Shown here: in pieces, positions 18,623 through 36,653 of the stretch
How the letters are laid out: each line of letters begins with the position of its first letter
Position numbering within the stretch: position 1 is the first letter of the stretch
Origin: Escherichia phage vB_EcoM-UFV06
DNA: 64,000 nt
Sequence record: OP555980.1
Strand: one strand, 5' to 3'
The notes under the pieces: generated by a model
Told to the model about the DNA's origin: nothing
The model's database searches: none
Seen by the model: the letters and a program-made list of their open reading frames with translations, nothing else
Made by a program: the position numbers and the translations under genes

Positions 18623-19718
18623 TTCAAGTGTTATCTATCGTGCGATAGTTACTTCAAAATTTAGAACAGAAAAAATGTTGAATTTTTATAATTCAATTGG
18701 AAGTGGTCCGGATAAAAACACTATCTTTATCACATTTGGAAGATCAGAACCGTGGTCATCAAATGAAAATGAGGTGGGCTTTGCCCCACCTTATCCTACC
18801 GATTCTGTATTAGGTGTAACTGACATGTGGACTCATATGATGGGAACAGTAAAAGTTCTTCCATCAATGCTTGATGCTGTTATTCCTCGCAGAGATTGGG
18901 GAGATACTAGATATCCGGATCCATACACATTTAGAATTAATGATATTGTAGTGTGCAACTCAGCTCCTTACAACGCTACTGAATCAGGCGCAGGCTGGTT
19001 AGTATATCGTTGTTTAGATGTTCCTGATACCGGAATGTGTTCAATAGCATCTTTAACTAATAAGGATGAATGTCTTAAATTAGGTGGAAAATGGACTCCT
19101 TCTGCTAGGTCAATGACTCCTCCTGAAGGCCGAGGAGATGCTGAAGGAACAATTGAACCTGGCGATGGATATGTATGGGAATATCTTTTTGAGATTCCGC
19201 CTGATGTATCTATAAATAGATGCACGAATGAGTATATTGTAGTTCCTTGGCCTGAGGAATTAAAAGAAGACCCGACTAGATGGGGGTATGAAGATAATCT
19301 CACTTGGCAGCAAGATGATTTTGGATTAATTTACCGTGTTAAGGCAAATACTATCCGTTTTAAAGCATATTTAGATTCAGTTTATTTTCCTGAAGCTGCA
19401 TTGCCGGGAAATAAAGGATTTAGACAAATATCAATAATTACGAATCCTCTTGAAGCTAAAGCTCATCCAAATGACCCAAATGATTTTCCTGAAGCTGCAT
19501 TGCCGGGAAATAAAGGATTTAGACAAATATCAATAATTACGAATCCTCTTGAAGCTAAAGCTCATCCAAATGACCCAAATGTTAAAGCTGAAAAGGATTA
19601 TTATGATCCGGAAGATTTAATGAGGCATTCGGGCGAAATGATTTATATGGAAAATAGGCCACCTATTATTATGGCAATGGATCAGACAGAAGAAATCAAT
19701 ATTCTGTTTACATTTTAA
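18615..19718 (+). CDS. 8: gp8 baseplate wedge protein carrying an in-frame 33-aa tandem duplication
   Basis: 367 aa versus 334 in T4 gp8 as I recall it; the excess is one extra copy of FPEAALPGNKGFRQISIITNPLEAKAHPNDPN. Confidence 0.85.
   Translation: MNDSSVIYRAIVTSKFRTEKMLNFYNSIGSGPDKNTIFITFGRSEPWSSNENEVGFAPPYPTDSVLGVTDMWTHMMGTVKVLPSMLDAVIPRRDWGDTRYPDPYTFRINDIVVCNSAPYNATESGAGWLVYRCLDVPDTGMCSIASLTNKDECLKLGGKWTPSARSMTPPEGRGDAEGTIEPGDGYVWEYLFEIPPDVSINRCTNEYIVVPWPEELKEDPTRWGYEDNLTWQQDDFGLIYRVKANTIRFKAYLDSVYFPEAALPGNKGFRQISIITNPLEAKAHPNDPNDFPEAALPGNKGFRQISIITNPLEAKAHPNDPNVKAEKDYYDPEDLMRHSGEMIYMENRPPIIMAMDQTEEINILFTF
19384..19581. repeat. perfect 99-bp direct tandem duplication (2 copies) inside gene 8
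   Basis: 19384-19482 and 19483-19581 identical base-for-base on hand alignment; flanking bases differ (19383 t vs 19482 g; 19483 a vs 19582 t). Confidence 0.9.
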
Positions 19719-19723
19719 ATTAA

Positions 19724-19741
19724 GGGAGCCCATGGGCTCCC
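19724..19741 (+). terminator. stem-loop after gene 8
   Basis: GGGAGCCCATGGGCTCCC followed by TTTTTC. Confidence 0.55.
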
Positions 19742-19749
19742 TTTTTCTT

Positions 19750-19757
19750 TATAAATA
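19750..19757 (+). promoter_or_regulatory. late-promoter motif TATAAATA upstream of gene 9
   Basis: Exact TATAAATA about 25 nt before ATG. Confidence 0.5.
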
Positions 19758-19781
19758 CTATAAACTCATAAGGAAACCGCT

Positions 19782-20648
19782 ATGTTCATTCAAGAACCAA
19801 AGAAATTGATTGATACCGGCGAAATTGGTAACGCTTCTACTGGTGATATCTTATTCGACGGTGGTAATAAAATTAATAGTGATTTTAACGCAATTTATAA
19901 CGCGTTTGGCGATCAACGTAAAATGGCAGTAGCAAATGGCACTGGAGCAGATGGTCAAATTATCCATGCTACTGGATATTATCAAAAACACTCTATTGCA
20001 GAGTATGCAACTCCAGTAAAAGTTGGCACTAGGCATGATATTGATACCTCTACTGTAGGTGTTAAAGTTATCATTGAAAGAGGCGAACTTGGCGACTGCG
20101 TTGAATTTATTAACTCAAATGGATCAATATCAGTTACTAATCCTTTAACGATTCAAGCTATTGATTCAATTAAAGGCGTTTCAGGTAATTTAGTAGTAAC
20201 TAGTCCATATAGTAAAGTTACCTTACGTTGTATTTCATCTGATAATTCTACGTCGGTTTGGAATTATTCTATTGAAAGTATGTTTGGTCAAAAGGAATCA
20301 CCTGCTGAAGGTACATGGAATATTTCTACATCTGGATCAGTTGACATTCCACTATTTCATCGCACTGAATACAATATGGCTAAATTGCTAGTTACGTGCC
20401 AATCAGTAGATGGAAGAAAAATTAAAACAGCAGAAATAAATATTCTTGTGGATACTGTTAATTCAGAAGTTATTTCTTCTGAGTATGCTGTCATGCGAGT
20501 TGGAAATGAAACAGAAGAAGACGAAATCGCTAATATTGCATTTAGTATTAAAGAAAATTACGTAACGGCGACTATAAGTTCTTCAACTGTCGGTATGAGA
20601 GCAGCAGTTAAAGTTATCGCTACGCAGAAAATCGGGGTGGCTCAATAA
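19782..20648 (+). CDS. 9: gp9 baseplate protein, long tail fibre socket
   Basis: 288 aa as T4 gp9; TATAAATA at 19750-19757. Confidence 0.85.
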   Translation: MFIQEPKKLIDTGEIGNASTGDILFDGGNKINSDFNAIYNAFGDQRKMAVANGTGADGQIIHATGYYQKHSIAEYATPVKVGTRHDIDTSTVGVKVIIERGELGDCVEFINSNGSISVTNPLTIQAIDSIKGVSGNLVVTSPYSKVTLRCISSDNSTSVWNYSIESMFGQKESPAEGTWNISTSGSVDIPLFHRTEYNMAKLLVTCQSVDGRKIKTAEINILVDTVNSEVISSEYAVMRVGNETEEDEIANIAFSIKENYVTATISSSTVGMRAAVKVIATQKIGVAQ

Positions 20649-22453
20649 TGAAACAAAATATTAATATCGGTAATGTTGTAGATGATGGTACCGGTGACTA
20701 CCTGCGTAAAGGTGGTATAAAAATAAATGAAAACTTTGATGAGCTTTATTATGAACTCGGTGATGGTAATGTTCCATATTCAGCCGGTGCCTGGAAAACT
20801 TATAATGCTTCATCTGGGCAAACATTAAAAGCTGAATGGGGAAAATCATACGCTATTAATACTTCGTCTGGAAGAGTAACACTGCAACTTCCTAAAGGAA
20901 CTGTTAATGATTATAATAAAGTAATTAGAGCTAGGGATGTATTTGCAACATGGAATGTTAATCCAGTTACTTTAGTAGCCTCTTCTGGTGATACTATCAA
21001 AGGATCATCGTCATCGGTTGAAATTAACGTTCAATTTAGTGATTTAGAGCTAGTTTATTGCGCTCCGGGTCGTTGGGAATATGTCAAAAATAAACAAATT
21101 GACAAAATTATTAGTTCAGACATTAGCAATGTAGCTCGTAAAGAATTTTTAGTCGAAGTTCAAGGACAAACAGACTTTTTAGATATTTTCCGTGGAACTA
21201 GTTATAATGTTAATAACATCAGAGTAAAACACCGCGGTAACGAATTGTATTACGGCGATGTTTTTAGCGAAAACAGTGACTTTGGCTCTCCAGGGGAAAA
21301 TGAAGGAGAATTGGTTCCTCTTGATGGATTTAATATTAGATTAAGACAGCCTTGTAATATTGGTGACACTGTTCAAATTGAAACATTTATGGATGGTGTA
21401 TCGCAGTGGAGAAGTTCATACACAAGACGTCAAATAAAAGTATTAGATTCAAAATTAACATCAAAAACTTCTTTGGAAGGAAGTATTTACGTTACTGATT
21501 TATCGACAATGAAATCAATTCCATTCTCCGCATTTGGATTAATTCCAGGAGAACCTATTAATCCTAATTCTCTTGAAGTTCGTTTTAATGGAATTTTACA
21601 ACAACAAGCTGGAACAGCAGGATATCCTCTGTTTTTATGTGAAGGCGCTAATTCAGATACACAAGAAGGATGTATATCTCTTGGTGGTGAATGGAAAGAA
21701 TCAAACACAGATTATTCTATAGAATATGAAGATGGAAAACCGATCAGTCTTTTATTTGATAGAAAATTTGAATCAGGTGATATAATCGTTATAACATGGT
21801 TCAATAATGATTTAGGAACTCTTTTGGAAAAAGATGACATTATTGAATTAACTGATGAACGCTATGTTAGCAAAGGATCATCTACTGAAGTTACTGGTGA
21901 TGTAGCCTTAACTGATTTTGATAAAATCGGTTGGCCAAATGTTGAAAAAGTTGATTCTTATACTAGAACATATAATTCAATATCATCTATTTTCGATAGC
22001 ATTTATCCCATTGGTTCAATTTATGAAAATGCTATAAACCCAAATAATCCGGTGACTTATATGGGATTTGGTTCATGGAAATTATTTGGTAAAGGACAAG
22101 TTTTAGTAGGATGGAATGATGATGTTACGGATCCAAACTTTGCATTAAATAACAATGATTTAGATTCTAGCGGAAATCCTTCGCATACTGCCGGTGGAAC
22201 AGTTGGAACAACATCAGTGACACTTGAGAACGCAAATCTTCCTGCGACTAAAACTGATGAAAAAGTTTTAATTGAAGATGAAAACGGATCAGTTATTATT
22301 GGAGGTTGCCAATATGACCCAGATGAAACTGGTCCTATATATACAAAATATCGTGAAGACTACGCAACAACAAACTCTTCACATACTCCTCCTGCTAATA
22401 TTAGTAATATTCAACCGTCTATTACTGTATACCGTTGGATAAGGATTGCATAA
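20648..22453 (+). CDS. 10: gp10 baseplate wedge protein
   Basis: 601 aa (T4 gp10 is 602); synteny. Confidence 0.85.
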   Translation: MKQNINIGNVVDDGTGDYLRKGGIKINENFDELYYELGDGNVPYSAGAWKTYNASSGQTLKAEWGKSYAINTSSGRVTLQLPKGTVNDYNKVIRARDVFATWNVNPVTLVASSGDTIKGSSSSVEINVQFSDLELVYCAPGRWEYVKNKQIDKIISSDISNVARKEFLVEVQGQTDFLDIFRGTSYNVNNIRVKHRGNELYYGDVFSENSDFGSPGENEGELVPLDGFNIRLRQPCNIGDTVQIETFMDGVSQWRSSYTRRQIKVLDSKLTSKTSLEGSIYVTDLSTMKSIPFSAFGLIPGEPINPNSLEVRFNGILQQQAGTAGYPLFLCEGANSDTQEGCISLGGEWKESNTDYSIEYEDGKPISLLFDRKFESGDIIVITWFNNDLGTLLEKDDIIELTDERYVSKGSSTEVTGDVALTDFDKIGWPNVEKVDSYTRTYNSISSIFDSIYPIGSIYENAINPNNPVTYMGFGSWKLFGKGQVLVGWNDDVTDPNFALNNNDLDSSGNPSHTAGGTVGTTSVTLENANLPATKTDEKVLIEDENGSVIIGGCQYDPDETGPIYTKYREDYATTNSSHTPPANISNIQPSITVYRWIRIA

Positions 22454-23112
22454 TGAGTTTACTTAATAATAAAGCGGGAGTTATTTCCCGCTTAGCAGAT
22501 TTTCTTGGTTTTAGAACTAAGAAAAATGATATTTCGGTTATGAATAATCAGCCGGTAGGTGCTGTAACAATTTCACAAATAGCAAAAGGTTTTTATGACC
22601 CAAATGTAGAATCTGCTATCAATGATGTTAGAAATATGGCAGAGCAACAGGTTGGAGCTGTATTAGTTAATATAAGTGGCGTATCTCCTACCGGCGTGCA
22701 GCAAACAGACTATTGGTCATTTGAAGGAACTGTTACTGATACTTCAGCCAAACCAGGTGACCCAGTTATTGTTAATATGTTTGGCATTCCTGTTAAAGCT
22801 ACTAATGGAATGACTTCAATCGAATTTACCAGTGCCGTTAGAACAGCTCTGCAGGAAATGGTTGCAAAATTTATTGCAATTGATTCATTTGAAGACCATC
22901 CTACCATAGGAAATAAAATACAAGTTAAGTATTTAGATAACCAAGAACATATCTTAGAACAATACTCTGATAAAGGAATTACTTTCAAACAGGAAATAAT
23001 TTCTCCTTCTAAACCTGGGTATGGAACTTGGCAATTATTAGGTGCGCAAACTGTTACGCTAGATAGTCACACCCAACCTACAGTATTTTATTATTTTGAG
23101 AGAATAGCATGA
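22453..23112 (+). CDS. 11: gp11 baseplate wedge/short tail fibre connector
   Basis: 219 aa from ATG at 22453 ([10 protein letters not shown]...), ATGA overlap with gene 10 stop. Confidence 0.85.
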   Translation: MSLLNNKAGVISRLADFLGFRTKKNDISVMNNQPVGAVTISQIAKGFYDPNVESAINDVRNMAEQQVGAVLVNISGVSPTGVQQTDYWSFEGTVTDTSAKPGDPVIVNMFGIPVKATNGMTSIEFTSAVRTALQEMVAKFIAIDSFEDHPTIGNKIQVKYLDNQEHILEQYSDKGITFKQEIISPSKPGYGTWQLLGAQTVTLDSHTQPTVFYYFERIA

Positions 23113-24659
23113 GTAACAATACATATCAGCACGTATCAAATGAATCAAAATACGTTAAATTCGATCCTGCAGGATCGAATTTTCCTGACACTGTCACGAC
23201 AGTGCAGTCAGCATTATCAAAAATAAGTAATATCGGCGTAAATGGTATTCCTGATGCAACTATGGAAGTTAAAGGAATAGCAATGATTGCATCGGAGCAA
23301 GAGGTTTTAGATGGAACTAATAATTCTAAAATCGTTACACCAGCTACATTAGCAACAAGATTATTGTATCCAAATGCTACTGAAACTAAATATGGATTAA
23401 CGCGCTATTCAACAAATGAAGAAACTTTAGAAGGCTCAGATAATAATTCATCAATAACGCCGCAAAAACTGAAATACCATACTGACGATGTATTCCAAAA
23501 TAGGTATTCATCTGAATCATCAAATGGAGTTATTAAAATATCATCTACTCCTGCGGCTTTGGCTGGTATAGATGATACTACGGCGATGACTCCGTTGAAA
23601 ACCCAAAAACTCGCAATAAAATTAATTTCGCAAATAGCTCCTTCAGAAGACACAGCATCAGAATCTGTTAGAGGTGTAGTTCAGTTATCAACTGTCGCTC
23701 AAACTCGTCAAGGAACTCTCCGCGAAGGATATGCAATTTCTCCGTATACCTTTATGAATTCTGTTGCAACACAAGAATATAAGGGTGTTATACGTTTAGG
23801 AACACAATCAGAAATTAACAGTAATTTGGGAGATGTTGCAGTAACAGGTGAAACATTAAATGGTCGAGGAGCTACCGGTTCTATGCGTGGGGTAGTAAAA
23901 TTAACGACGCAAGCCGGTATTGCCCCTGAAGGTGATAGCTCTGGAGCATTAGCATGGAACGCAGATGTAATTAATACTCGCGGTGGACAAACTATTAATG
24001 GTTCTTTAAATTTAGATCATTTAACAGCAAATGGAATTTGGTCGCGCGGCGGAATGTGGAAAAATGGCGATCAACCTGTTGCCACTGAAAGATATGCGTC
24101 CGAAAGGGTTCCAGTTGGAACTATTATGATGTTTGCTGGAGATTCAGCTCCTCCTGGTTGGATTATGTGTCATGGTGGAACCGTGTCAGGAGATCAATAT
24201 CCTGATTATAGAAACACAGTTGGAACGAGATTTGGTGGCGATTGGAATAATCCTGGCATTCCTGATATGCGAGGTCTTTTCGTCAGAGGAGCTGGTACTG
24301 GTGGTCATATTTTAAATCAACGAGGGCAAGATGGTTACGGGAAGGATAGACTTGGTGTAGGATGTGACGGAATGCATGTTGGCGGTGTTCAAGCACAACA
24401 GATGTCATACCATAAACATGCTGGTGGTTGGGGAGAATACCAAAGACATGAAGCTCCATTTGGCGCGTCCGTTTATCAAGGATATCTTGGAACTAGAAAA
24501 TATGCCGACTGGGATAATGCTTCATACTTCACTAATGATGGATTTGAATTAGGTGGACCGAGAGATGCCCTTGGTACACTTAATCGTGAAGGATTAATTG
24601 GTTATGAAACTAGACCATGGAATATATCATTAAACTATATTATTAAAATTCATTACTAA
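23109..24659 (+). CDS. 12: gp12 short tail fibre
   Basis: 516 aa (T4 gp12 is 527); synteny between 11 and wac. Confidence 0.85.
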   Translation: MSNNTYQHVSNESKYVKFDPAGSNFPDTVTTVQSALSKISNIGVNGIPDATMEVKGIAMIASEQEVLDGTNNSKIVTPATLATRLLYPNATETKYGLTRYSTNEETLEGSDNNSSITPQKLKYHTDDVFQNRYSSESSNGVIKISSTPAALAGIDDTTAMTPLKTQKLAIKLISQIAPSEDTASESVRGVVQLSTVAQTRQGTLREGYAISPYTFMNSVATQEYKGVIRLGTQSEINSNLGDVAVTGETLNGRGATGSMRGVVKLTTQAGIAPEGDSSGALAWNADVINTRGGQTINGSLNLDHLTANGIWSRGGMWKNGDQPVATERYASERVPVGTIMMFAGDSAPPGWIMCHGGTVSGDQYPDYRNTVGTRFGGDWNNPGIPDMRGLFVRGAGTGGHILNQRGQDGYGKDRLGVGCDGMHVGGVQAQQMSYHKHAGGWGEYQRHEAPFGASVYQGYLGTRKYADWDNASYFTNDGFELGGPRDALGTLNREGLIGYETRPWNISLNYIIKIHY

Positions 24660-24668
24660 GGATTACAA

Positions 24669-26126
24669 ATGATTGAATTAAAAGATTTACCTTTTGTTGA
24701 TAGCGTTCCTGACGAAGGTCAGGAGCGTATTTCATGGATTAAAAATGGTGAAGAAATACTAGGAGCTAGTACTAAGTATGGAAACGATGGATCAATGAAT
24801 AGACCAACTGTGTCCGTATTTAAAAATGTTGAGGTTCTTGATGAAAATATAGGAATTCTTAAAACTGCCGTTGAAACATCACAGGAAGATATTAAAACAA
24901 TTCAAGGCATTTTGGATGTATCTGGAGATATCGAAGCACTATCACAGATTAGCGTTAATAAAAATGACATATCAAATTTAAAGACGCTTACGAATGAACA
25001 CACTGATATATTAAATGGTACAAATGCCACTGTTGACCGCATTCTTTCTGATATAGGTCCATTTAATGAACACGCAAATTCAGTTTATAGAACAGTTCGA
25101 AATGATTTGTTATGGATTAAAAGAGAATTAGGGCAATATGCTGGACAAGATATTAATGGTCTTCCTGTTGTAGGAAATAGCAGCACGGGTATGAAGCACC
25201 GTATCATTAATAATACAGATGCTATAACTTCCCAAGGAATACGTCTAAGTGATTTGGAAGAAAAATTTATTGAATCTGATGTAGGTTCACTGACAATTGA
25301 AGTTGGAAATCTTAGACAAGAACTTGGACAAAGACCATCTTCATTTAGTGAAAGCATATATTCACGTGTGCATAATTTAGATCAATCGCAGATTAATCTT
25401 AGTTCCGAAATTAAATCTATCAAAACTTCTATTGGATATCCAGGAAATACTTCAATAATCACAGATGTCAATGTCAATAGTCAAGAAATTTCAGCTTTAA
25501 ATGATGAACTAAATAAAAGTGGCGGCGTTAAACAGCGATTAACTGTTATTGAAACATCGATTGGTTCAGATGATATTCCTTCTAGTATTAAAGGTCAAAT
25601 TAAAGATAATACAACTTCTATTGAATCTTTAAATGGAATTGTAGGTGAAAACACCTCGTCCGGTTTAAGAGCTAACGTTTCATGGCTAAATCAGATAGTT
25701 GGAACTGATTCTAGCGGAGGTCAACCTTCTCCTCCGGGGTCTCTTTTAAATAGAGTTTCAACAGTTGAAACCTCTGTTAATAGACTTAACAATGATGTTC
25801 AAAACTTACAGGTTGAAATTGGTAATAACAATTCCGGAATTAAAGGGCAAGTTGTAACACTAAATAAATTAGTAAATGGAACAAATCCGAATGGTTCAAC
25901 TGTCGAAGAACGCGGATTGACTAATTCAATAAAAGCTAATGAGACTAACATTTCTTCAATTAATCAAGAGATTCGTAGTATTAAAGGTAATGTGTCCTCA
26001 TTACAGAGGGATGTCCAGACTTTACAAGAAGCTGGTTATATTCCTGAAGCTCCAAAAGATGGTCAAGCTTACGTTCGTAAAGACGGCGAATGGGTATTGC
26101 TTTCTACCTTTTTATCACCAGCATAA
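24669..26126 (+). CDS. wac: fibritin (whisker antigen control)
   Basis: 485 aa coiled-coil; C-terminal foldon [27 protein letters not shown]. Confidence 0.9.
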   Translation: MIELKDLPFVDSVPDEGQERISWIKNGEEILGASTKYGNDGSMNRPTVSVFKNVEVLDENIGILKTAVETSQEDIKTIQGILDVSGDIEALSQISVNKNDISNLKTLTNEHTDILNGTNATVDRILSDIGPFNEHANSVYRTVRNDLLWIKRELGQYAGQDINGLPVVGNSSTGMKHRIINNTDAITSQGIRLSDLEEKFIESDVGSLTIEVGNLRQELGQRPSSFSESIYSRVHNLDQSQINLSSEIKSIKTSIGYPGNTSIITDVNVNSQEISALNDELNKSGGVKQRLTVIETSIGSDDIPSSIKGQIKDNTTSIESLNGIVGENTSSGLRANVSWLNQIVGTDSSGGQPSPPGSLLNRVSTVETSVNRLNNDVQNLQVEIGNNNSGIKGQVVTLNKLVNGTNPNGSTVEERGLTNSIKANETNISSINQEIRSIKGNVSSLQRDVQTLQEAGYIPEAPKDGQAYVRKDGEWVLLSTFLSPA

Positions 26127-26157
26127 CATGGGGCCGCAAGGCCCTAAAGGATTTTAA

Positions 26158-27859
<1,702 letters not shown>

Positions 27860-27900
27860 TAAATATTATAAACTAATTAAAGCCCAGATTAGGAGAAATC

Positions 27901-31038
<3,138 letters not shown>

Positions 31039-31069
31039 ATATATTAAAGCATATTAAAGAGGATTAAAA

Positions 31070-33049
31070 ATGACTTTATTATCTCCGGGCATTGAGCTCA
31101 AAGAAACTACGGTTCAAAGCACCGTGGTTAATAACTCTACTGGTACAGCAGCTTTGGCCGGTAAATTCCAGTGGGGTCCTGCTTTTCAGATTAAACAGGT
31201 TACAAATGAAGTAGATTTAGTTAATACTTTTGGTCAACCAACCGCTGAAACTGCTGACTATTTTATGTCTGCGATGAATTTCTTGCAGTACGGAAATGAC
31301 TTACGAGTAGTTCGTGCTGTTGATAGAGATACCGCTAAAAACTCATCTCCGATTGCTGGTAATATTGAATACACAATTTCTACCCCAGGTAGTAACTATG
31401 CAGTTGGAGATAAAATCACGGTCAAATATGTTTCAGATGATATTGAAACTGAAGGTAAAATTACTGAAGTAGACGCAGATGGAAAAATTAAGAAAATTAA
31501 TATTCCTACTGCAAAAATTATCGCTAAAGCAAAAGAAGTCGGTGAATATCCAACACTAGGTTCTAACTGGACTGCAGAAATTTCTTCATCTTCTTCCGGT
31601 TTAGCTGCAGTAATAACTCTTGGAAAAATTATTACTGATTCCGGTATTTTATTAGCTGAAATCGAGAGCGCTGAAACTGCTATGACAGCAGTTGATTTTC
31701 AGGCAAATCTTGAAAAATATGGAATTCCAGGAGTAGTAGCTCTCTATCCAGGCGAATTAGGCGATAAAATTGAAATTGAAATCGTATCTAAAGCTGACTA
31801 TGCGAAAGGCGCTTCTGCATTACTCCCAATTTATCCAGGTGGTGGTACTCGTGCATCTACTGCTAAAGCGGTGTTTGGATATGGACCACAAACTGATTCA
31901 CAGTACGCTATTATAGTTCGTCGAAATGATGCTATTGTTCAAAGCGTTGTTCTTTCAACTAAGCGTGGTGAAAAAGATATTTACGATAGTAACATCTATA
32001 TCGATGACTTTTTCGCAAAAGGTGGTTCAGAATATATTTTTGCAACTGCACAAAACTGGCCAGAAGGCTTCTCTGGAATTTTAACTCTGTCTGGTGGATT
32101 ATCATCAAATGCTGAAGTAACAGCAGGAGATTTGATGGAAGCTTGGGACTTCTTTGCTGACCGTGAATCTGTTGACGTTCAACTGTTTATTGCGGGTTCT
32201 TGTGCTGGTGAATCTTTAGAAACAGCATCTACTGTCCAAAAACACGTCGTTTCAATTGGTGATGCTCGCCAGGATTGCTTAGTATTGTGCTCACCACCGC
32301 GTGAAACTGTAGTTGGAATTCCTGTAACCCGTGCTGTTGATAACTTAGTCAATTGGAGAACTGCAGCAGGTTCATACACTGATAATAACTTTAATATCAG
32401 TTCAACCTACGCAGCAATTGATGGCAACTACAAATATCAGTATGACAAATATAATGATGTGAATCGTTGGGTCCCATTAGCAGCTGATATTGCTGGATTG
32501 TGTGCAAGAACTGATAACGTATCTCAGACTTGGATGTCTCCAGCTGGTTATAATCGTGGCCAGATTCTTAACGTTATTAAACTTGCTATTGAAACTCGCC
32601 AGGCTCAGCGCGACCGTTTATACCAAGAAGCTATCAACCCGGTAACTGGTACAGGTGGTGATGGTTACGTATTGTATGGTGATAAAACAGCTACTTCTGT
32701 TCCTTCTCCATTTGATCGTATTAACGTTCGTCGTCTGTTTAATATGTTGAAAACGAATATCGGACGTAGTTCAAAATATCGTTTGTTCGAATTAAACAAT
32801 GCGTTTACTCGTTCATCATTCCGCACAGAAACTGCCCAGTACTTACAGGGAATTAAAGCTCTCGGTGGAATTTATGAATATCGTGTAGTTTGCGATACAA
32901 CAAATAACACTCCGTCAGTAATTGATAGAAATGAGTTTGTTGCAACATTCTACATCCAACCGGCTAGAAGCATTAACTACATTACCTTAAACTTCGTAGC
33001 AACTGCTACCGGTGCAGATTTCGATGAGTTAACTGGTCTTGCAGGTTAA
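31070..33049 (+). CDS. 18: gp18 tail sheath protein
   Basis: 659 aa as T4 gp18. Confidence 0.9.
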   Translation: MTLLSPGIELKETTVQSTVVNNSTGTAALAGKFQWGPAFQIKQVTNEVDLVNTFGQPTAETADYFMSAMNFLQYGNDLRVVRAVDRDTAKNSSPIAGNIEYTISTPGSNYAVGDKITVKYVSDDIETEGKITEVDADGKIKKINIPTAKIIAKAKEVGEYPTLGSNWTAEISSSSSGLAAVITLGKIITDSGILLAEIESAETAMTAVDFQANLEKYGIPGVVALYPGELGDKIEIEIVSKADYAKGASALLPIYPGGGTRASTAKAVFGYGPQTDSQYAIIVRRNDAIVQSVVLSTKRGEKDIYDSNIYIDDFFAKGGSEYIFATAQNWPEGFSGILTLSGGLSSNAEVTAGDLMEAWDFFADRESVDVQLFIAGSCAGESLETASTVQKHVVSIGDARQDCLVLCSPPRETVVGIPVTRAVDNLVNWRTAAGSYTDNNFNISSTYAAIDGNYKYQYDKYNDVNRWVPLAADIAGLCARTDNVSQTWMSPAGYNRGQILNVIKLAIETRQAQRDRLYQEAINPVTGTGGDGYVLYGDKTATSVPSPFDRINVRRLFNMLKTNIGRSSKYRLFELNNAFTRSSFRTETAQYLQGIKALGGIYEYRVVCDTTNNTPSVIDRNEFVATFYIQPARSINYITLNFVATATGADFDELTGLAG

Positions 33050-33065
33050 TACAGTGCATTCTAAA

Positions 33066-33083
33066 GGCCTGTTTCGACAGGCC
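33066..33083 (+). terminator. stem-loop after gene 18
   Basis: GGCCTGTTTCGACAGGCC. Confidence 0.5.
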
Positions 33084-33084
33084 A

Positions 33085-33151
33085 TATAAATACACTATAT
33101 CCTTAATTCTTTAATTCTATATGCCCTAGGTTAAACATAGGGATATAAATA
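33085..33151 (+). promoter_or_regulatory. two late-promoter motifs upstream of gene 19
   Basis: TATAAATA at 33085-33092 and 33144-33151. Confidence 0.5.
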
Positions 33152-33165
33152 CTACAGAGGCTAAT

Positions 33166-33657
33166 ATGTTTGTAGATGATGTAACACGAGCGTTTGAATC
33201 TGGTGATTTTGCTCGACCTAACTTATTCCAAGTAGAAATTTCTTATCTTGGACAAAATTTTACGTTCCAATGTAAAGCCACTGCTTTACCAGCTGGTATT
33301 GTAGAAAAAATTCCAGTCGGATTTATGAACCGTAAAATTAACGTGGCAGGCGATCGTACATTCGATGACTGGACTGTTACAGTAATGAACGATGAAGCTC
33401 ATGATGCTCGCCAGAAGTTTGTTGATTGGCAAAGCATTGCCGCAGGACAAGGAAACGAAATTACTGGTGGAAAACCTGCAGAGTATAAAAAGAGCGCTAT
33501 TGTTCGCCAATATGCTCGTGACGCTAAAACAGTAACAAAAGAAATTGAAATTAAAGGTCTATGGCCTACTAACGTGGGTGAACTTCAATTAGATTGGGAT
33601 TCAAACAATGAAATCCAAACATTTGAAGTAACTCTTGCTCTCGATTATTGGGAATAA
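33166..33657 (+). CDS. 19: gp19 tail tube protein
   Basis: 163 aa as T4 gp19; two TATAAATA motifs upstream. Confidence 0.9.
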   Translation: MFVDDVTRAFESGDFARPNLFQVEISYLGQNFTFQCKATALPAGIVEKIPVGFMNRKINVAGDRTFDDWTVTVMNDEAHDARQKFVDWQSIAAGQGNEITGGKPAEYKKSAIVRQYARDAKTVTKEIEIKGLWPTNVGELQLDWDSNNEIQTFEVTLALDYWE

Positions 33658-33689
33658 AATGAATGGGGAGAAATCCCCATCCTGCTTAA

Positions 33690-35314
<1,625 letters not shown>

Positions 35315-35315
<1 letters not shown>

Positions 35316-35560
35316 TGGAAGGTTTAATTGAAGCTATTAAATCAAACGACCTCGTAGCCGCTCGTAAATTATTTGCTGAAGCCATGGCTGCAAGAACGAC
35401 TGATTTAATTAAAGAAGAAAAAATCACTATCGCTCGTAATTTCTTAATCGAGGGTGAAGAACCTGAAGACGAGGATGAAGATGAAGATGATGACGAAGAT
35501 AGCGATGATAAAGACGACAAAAAAGACAAAGACTCTGACGAAGACGAGGATGATGAATAA
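35315..35560 (+). CDS. 67: gp67 prohead core protein
   Basis: 81 aa with acidic C-terminal tail; between 20 and 68. Confidence 0.75.
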
Positions 35561-35985
35561 TGATTCTAATCCCTGAAACTCATGAATTAGTTCTCGAGAA
35601 TGTCGAAGCACTTATTCCTGAAGCACAGGGTCGCTTTGACGAGTTGTCTTCTGCTTTAAATAAAGACGATATAAATAAAATTATCGAGAATATGCTTGAT
35701 GATGAAACTGATTTAGCGGTTGCATTAGCTTCTATTAATGAAAATATGCCGTTAAATGAATTTATCGTTAAACATGTTTCTGCCCGTGGTGAAATTACTC
35801 GCACTAAAGATCGCAAAACCCGCGAACGTAATGCATTTCAAACTACCGGGTTGTCTAAAGCAAAACGTAGACAAATTGCTCGTAAAGCTACCAAAACGAA
35901 GATTGCCAATCCAGCAGGTCAATCTCGTGCTCAGCGTAAGCGTAAAAAAGCTCTCAAACGCCGTAAAGCATTAGGATTAAGCTAA
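35560..35985 (+). CDS. 68: gp68 prohead core protein
   Basis: 141 aa, basic C-terminus; synteny. Confidence 0.75.
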   Translation: MILIPETHELVLENVEALIPEAQGRFDELSSALNKDDINKIIENMLDDETDLAVALASINENMPLNEFIVKHVSARGEITRTKDRKTRERNAFQTTGLSKAKRRQIARKATKTKIANPAGQSRAQRKRKKALKRRKALGLS

Positions 35986-36623
35986 TGAATGAACCCCAAT
36001 TACTAATTGAAACTTGGGGTCAACCTGGCGAAATTATTGATGGCGTACCAATGCTTGAATCCCATGATGGAAAAGACTTAGGTTTAAAACCTGGTTTATA
36101 CATCGAAGGAATATTCATGCAAGCGGAAGTCGTCAATAGAAATAAACGTCTTTATCCAAAACGTATATTAGAAAAAGCGGTAAAAGACTATATCAATGAG
36201 CAAGTTTTAACTAAACAAGCTCTCGGAGAATTAAATCATCCTCCACGCGCTAATGTTGACCCGATGCAAGCCGCTATCATTATAGAAGATATGTGGTGGA
36301 AAGGAAATGACGTATACGGACGAGCTCGTGTTATTGAAGGTGACCATGGTCCTGGAGATAAATTAGCAGCTAATATTCGTGCCGGATGGATTCCAGGAGT
36401 TTCTTCTCGTGGATTAGGTTCATTGACTGACACAAATAAAGGTTATCGTATCGTAAACGAAGGATTCAAATTAACTGTAGGTGTTGATGCAGTATGGGGT
36501 CCAAGTGCTCCAGATGCATGGGTAACTCCTAAGGAAATTACAGAATCACAGACGGCGGAAGCCGATACAAGTGCCGATGACGCCTATATGGCTCTCGCAG
36601 AGGCCATGAAAAAAGCGTTATAA
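35985..36623 (+). CDS. 21: gp21 prohead core protease
   Basis: 212 aa as T4 gp21. Confidence 0.85.
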   Translation: MNEPQLLIETWGQPGEIIDGVPMLESHDGKDLGLKPGLYIEGIFMQAEVVNRNKRLYPKRILEKAVKDYINEQVLTKQALGELNHPPRANVDPMQAAIIIEDMWWKGNDVYGRARVIEGDHGPGDKLAANIRAGWIPGVSSRGLGSLTDTNKGYRIVNEGFKLTVGVDAVWGPSAPDAWVTPKEITESQTAEADTSADDAYMALAEAMKKAL

Positions 36624-36653
36624 ATATTATTATCTAAACAACAGGACTACAAA

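Noticed and set aside
23109-26126. gp12 (516 aa) and fibritin (485 aa) slightly shorter than the T4 values I recall (527 and 487)
   Set aside because: Fibre proteins vary naturally among T4-like phages and no repeat or frame anomaly is visible; treated as ordinary divergence.
35461-35557. Acidic low-complexity tract ([31 protein letters not shown]) at the end of gene 67
   Set aside because: A compositionally biased tail consistent with a prohead core protein; no frame disruption or repeat-unit expansion evident.
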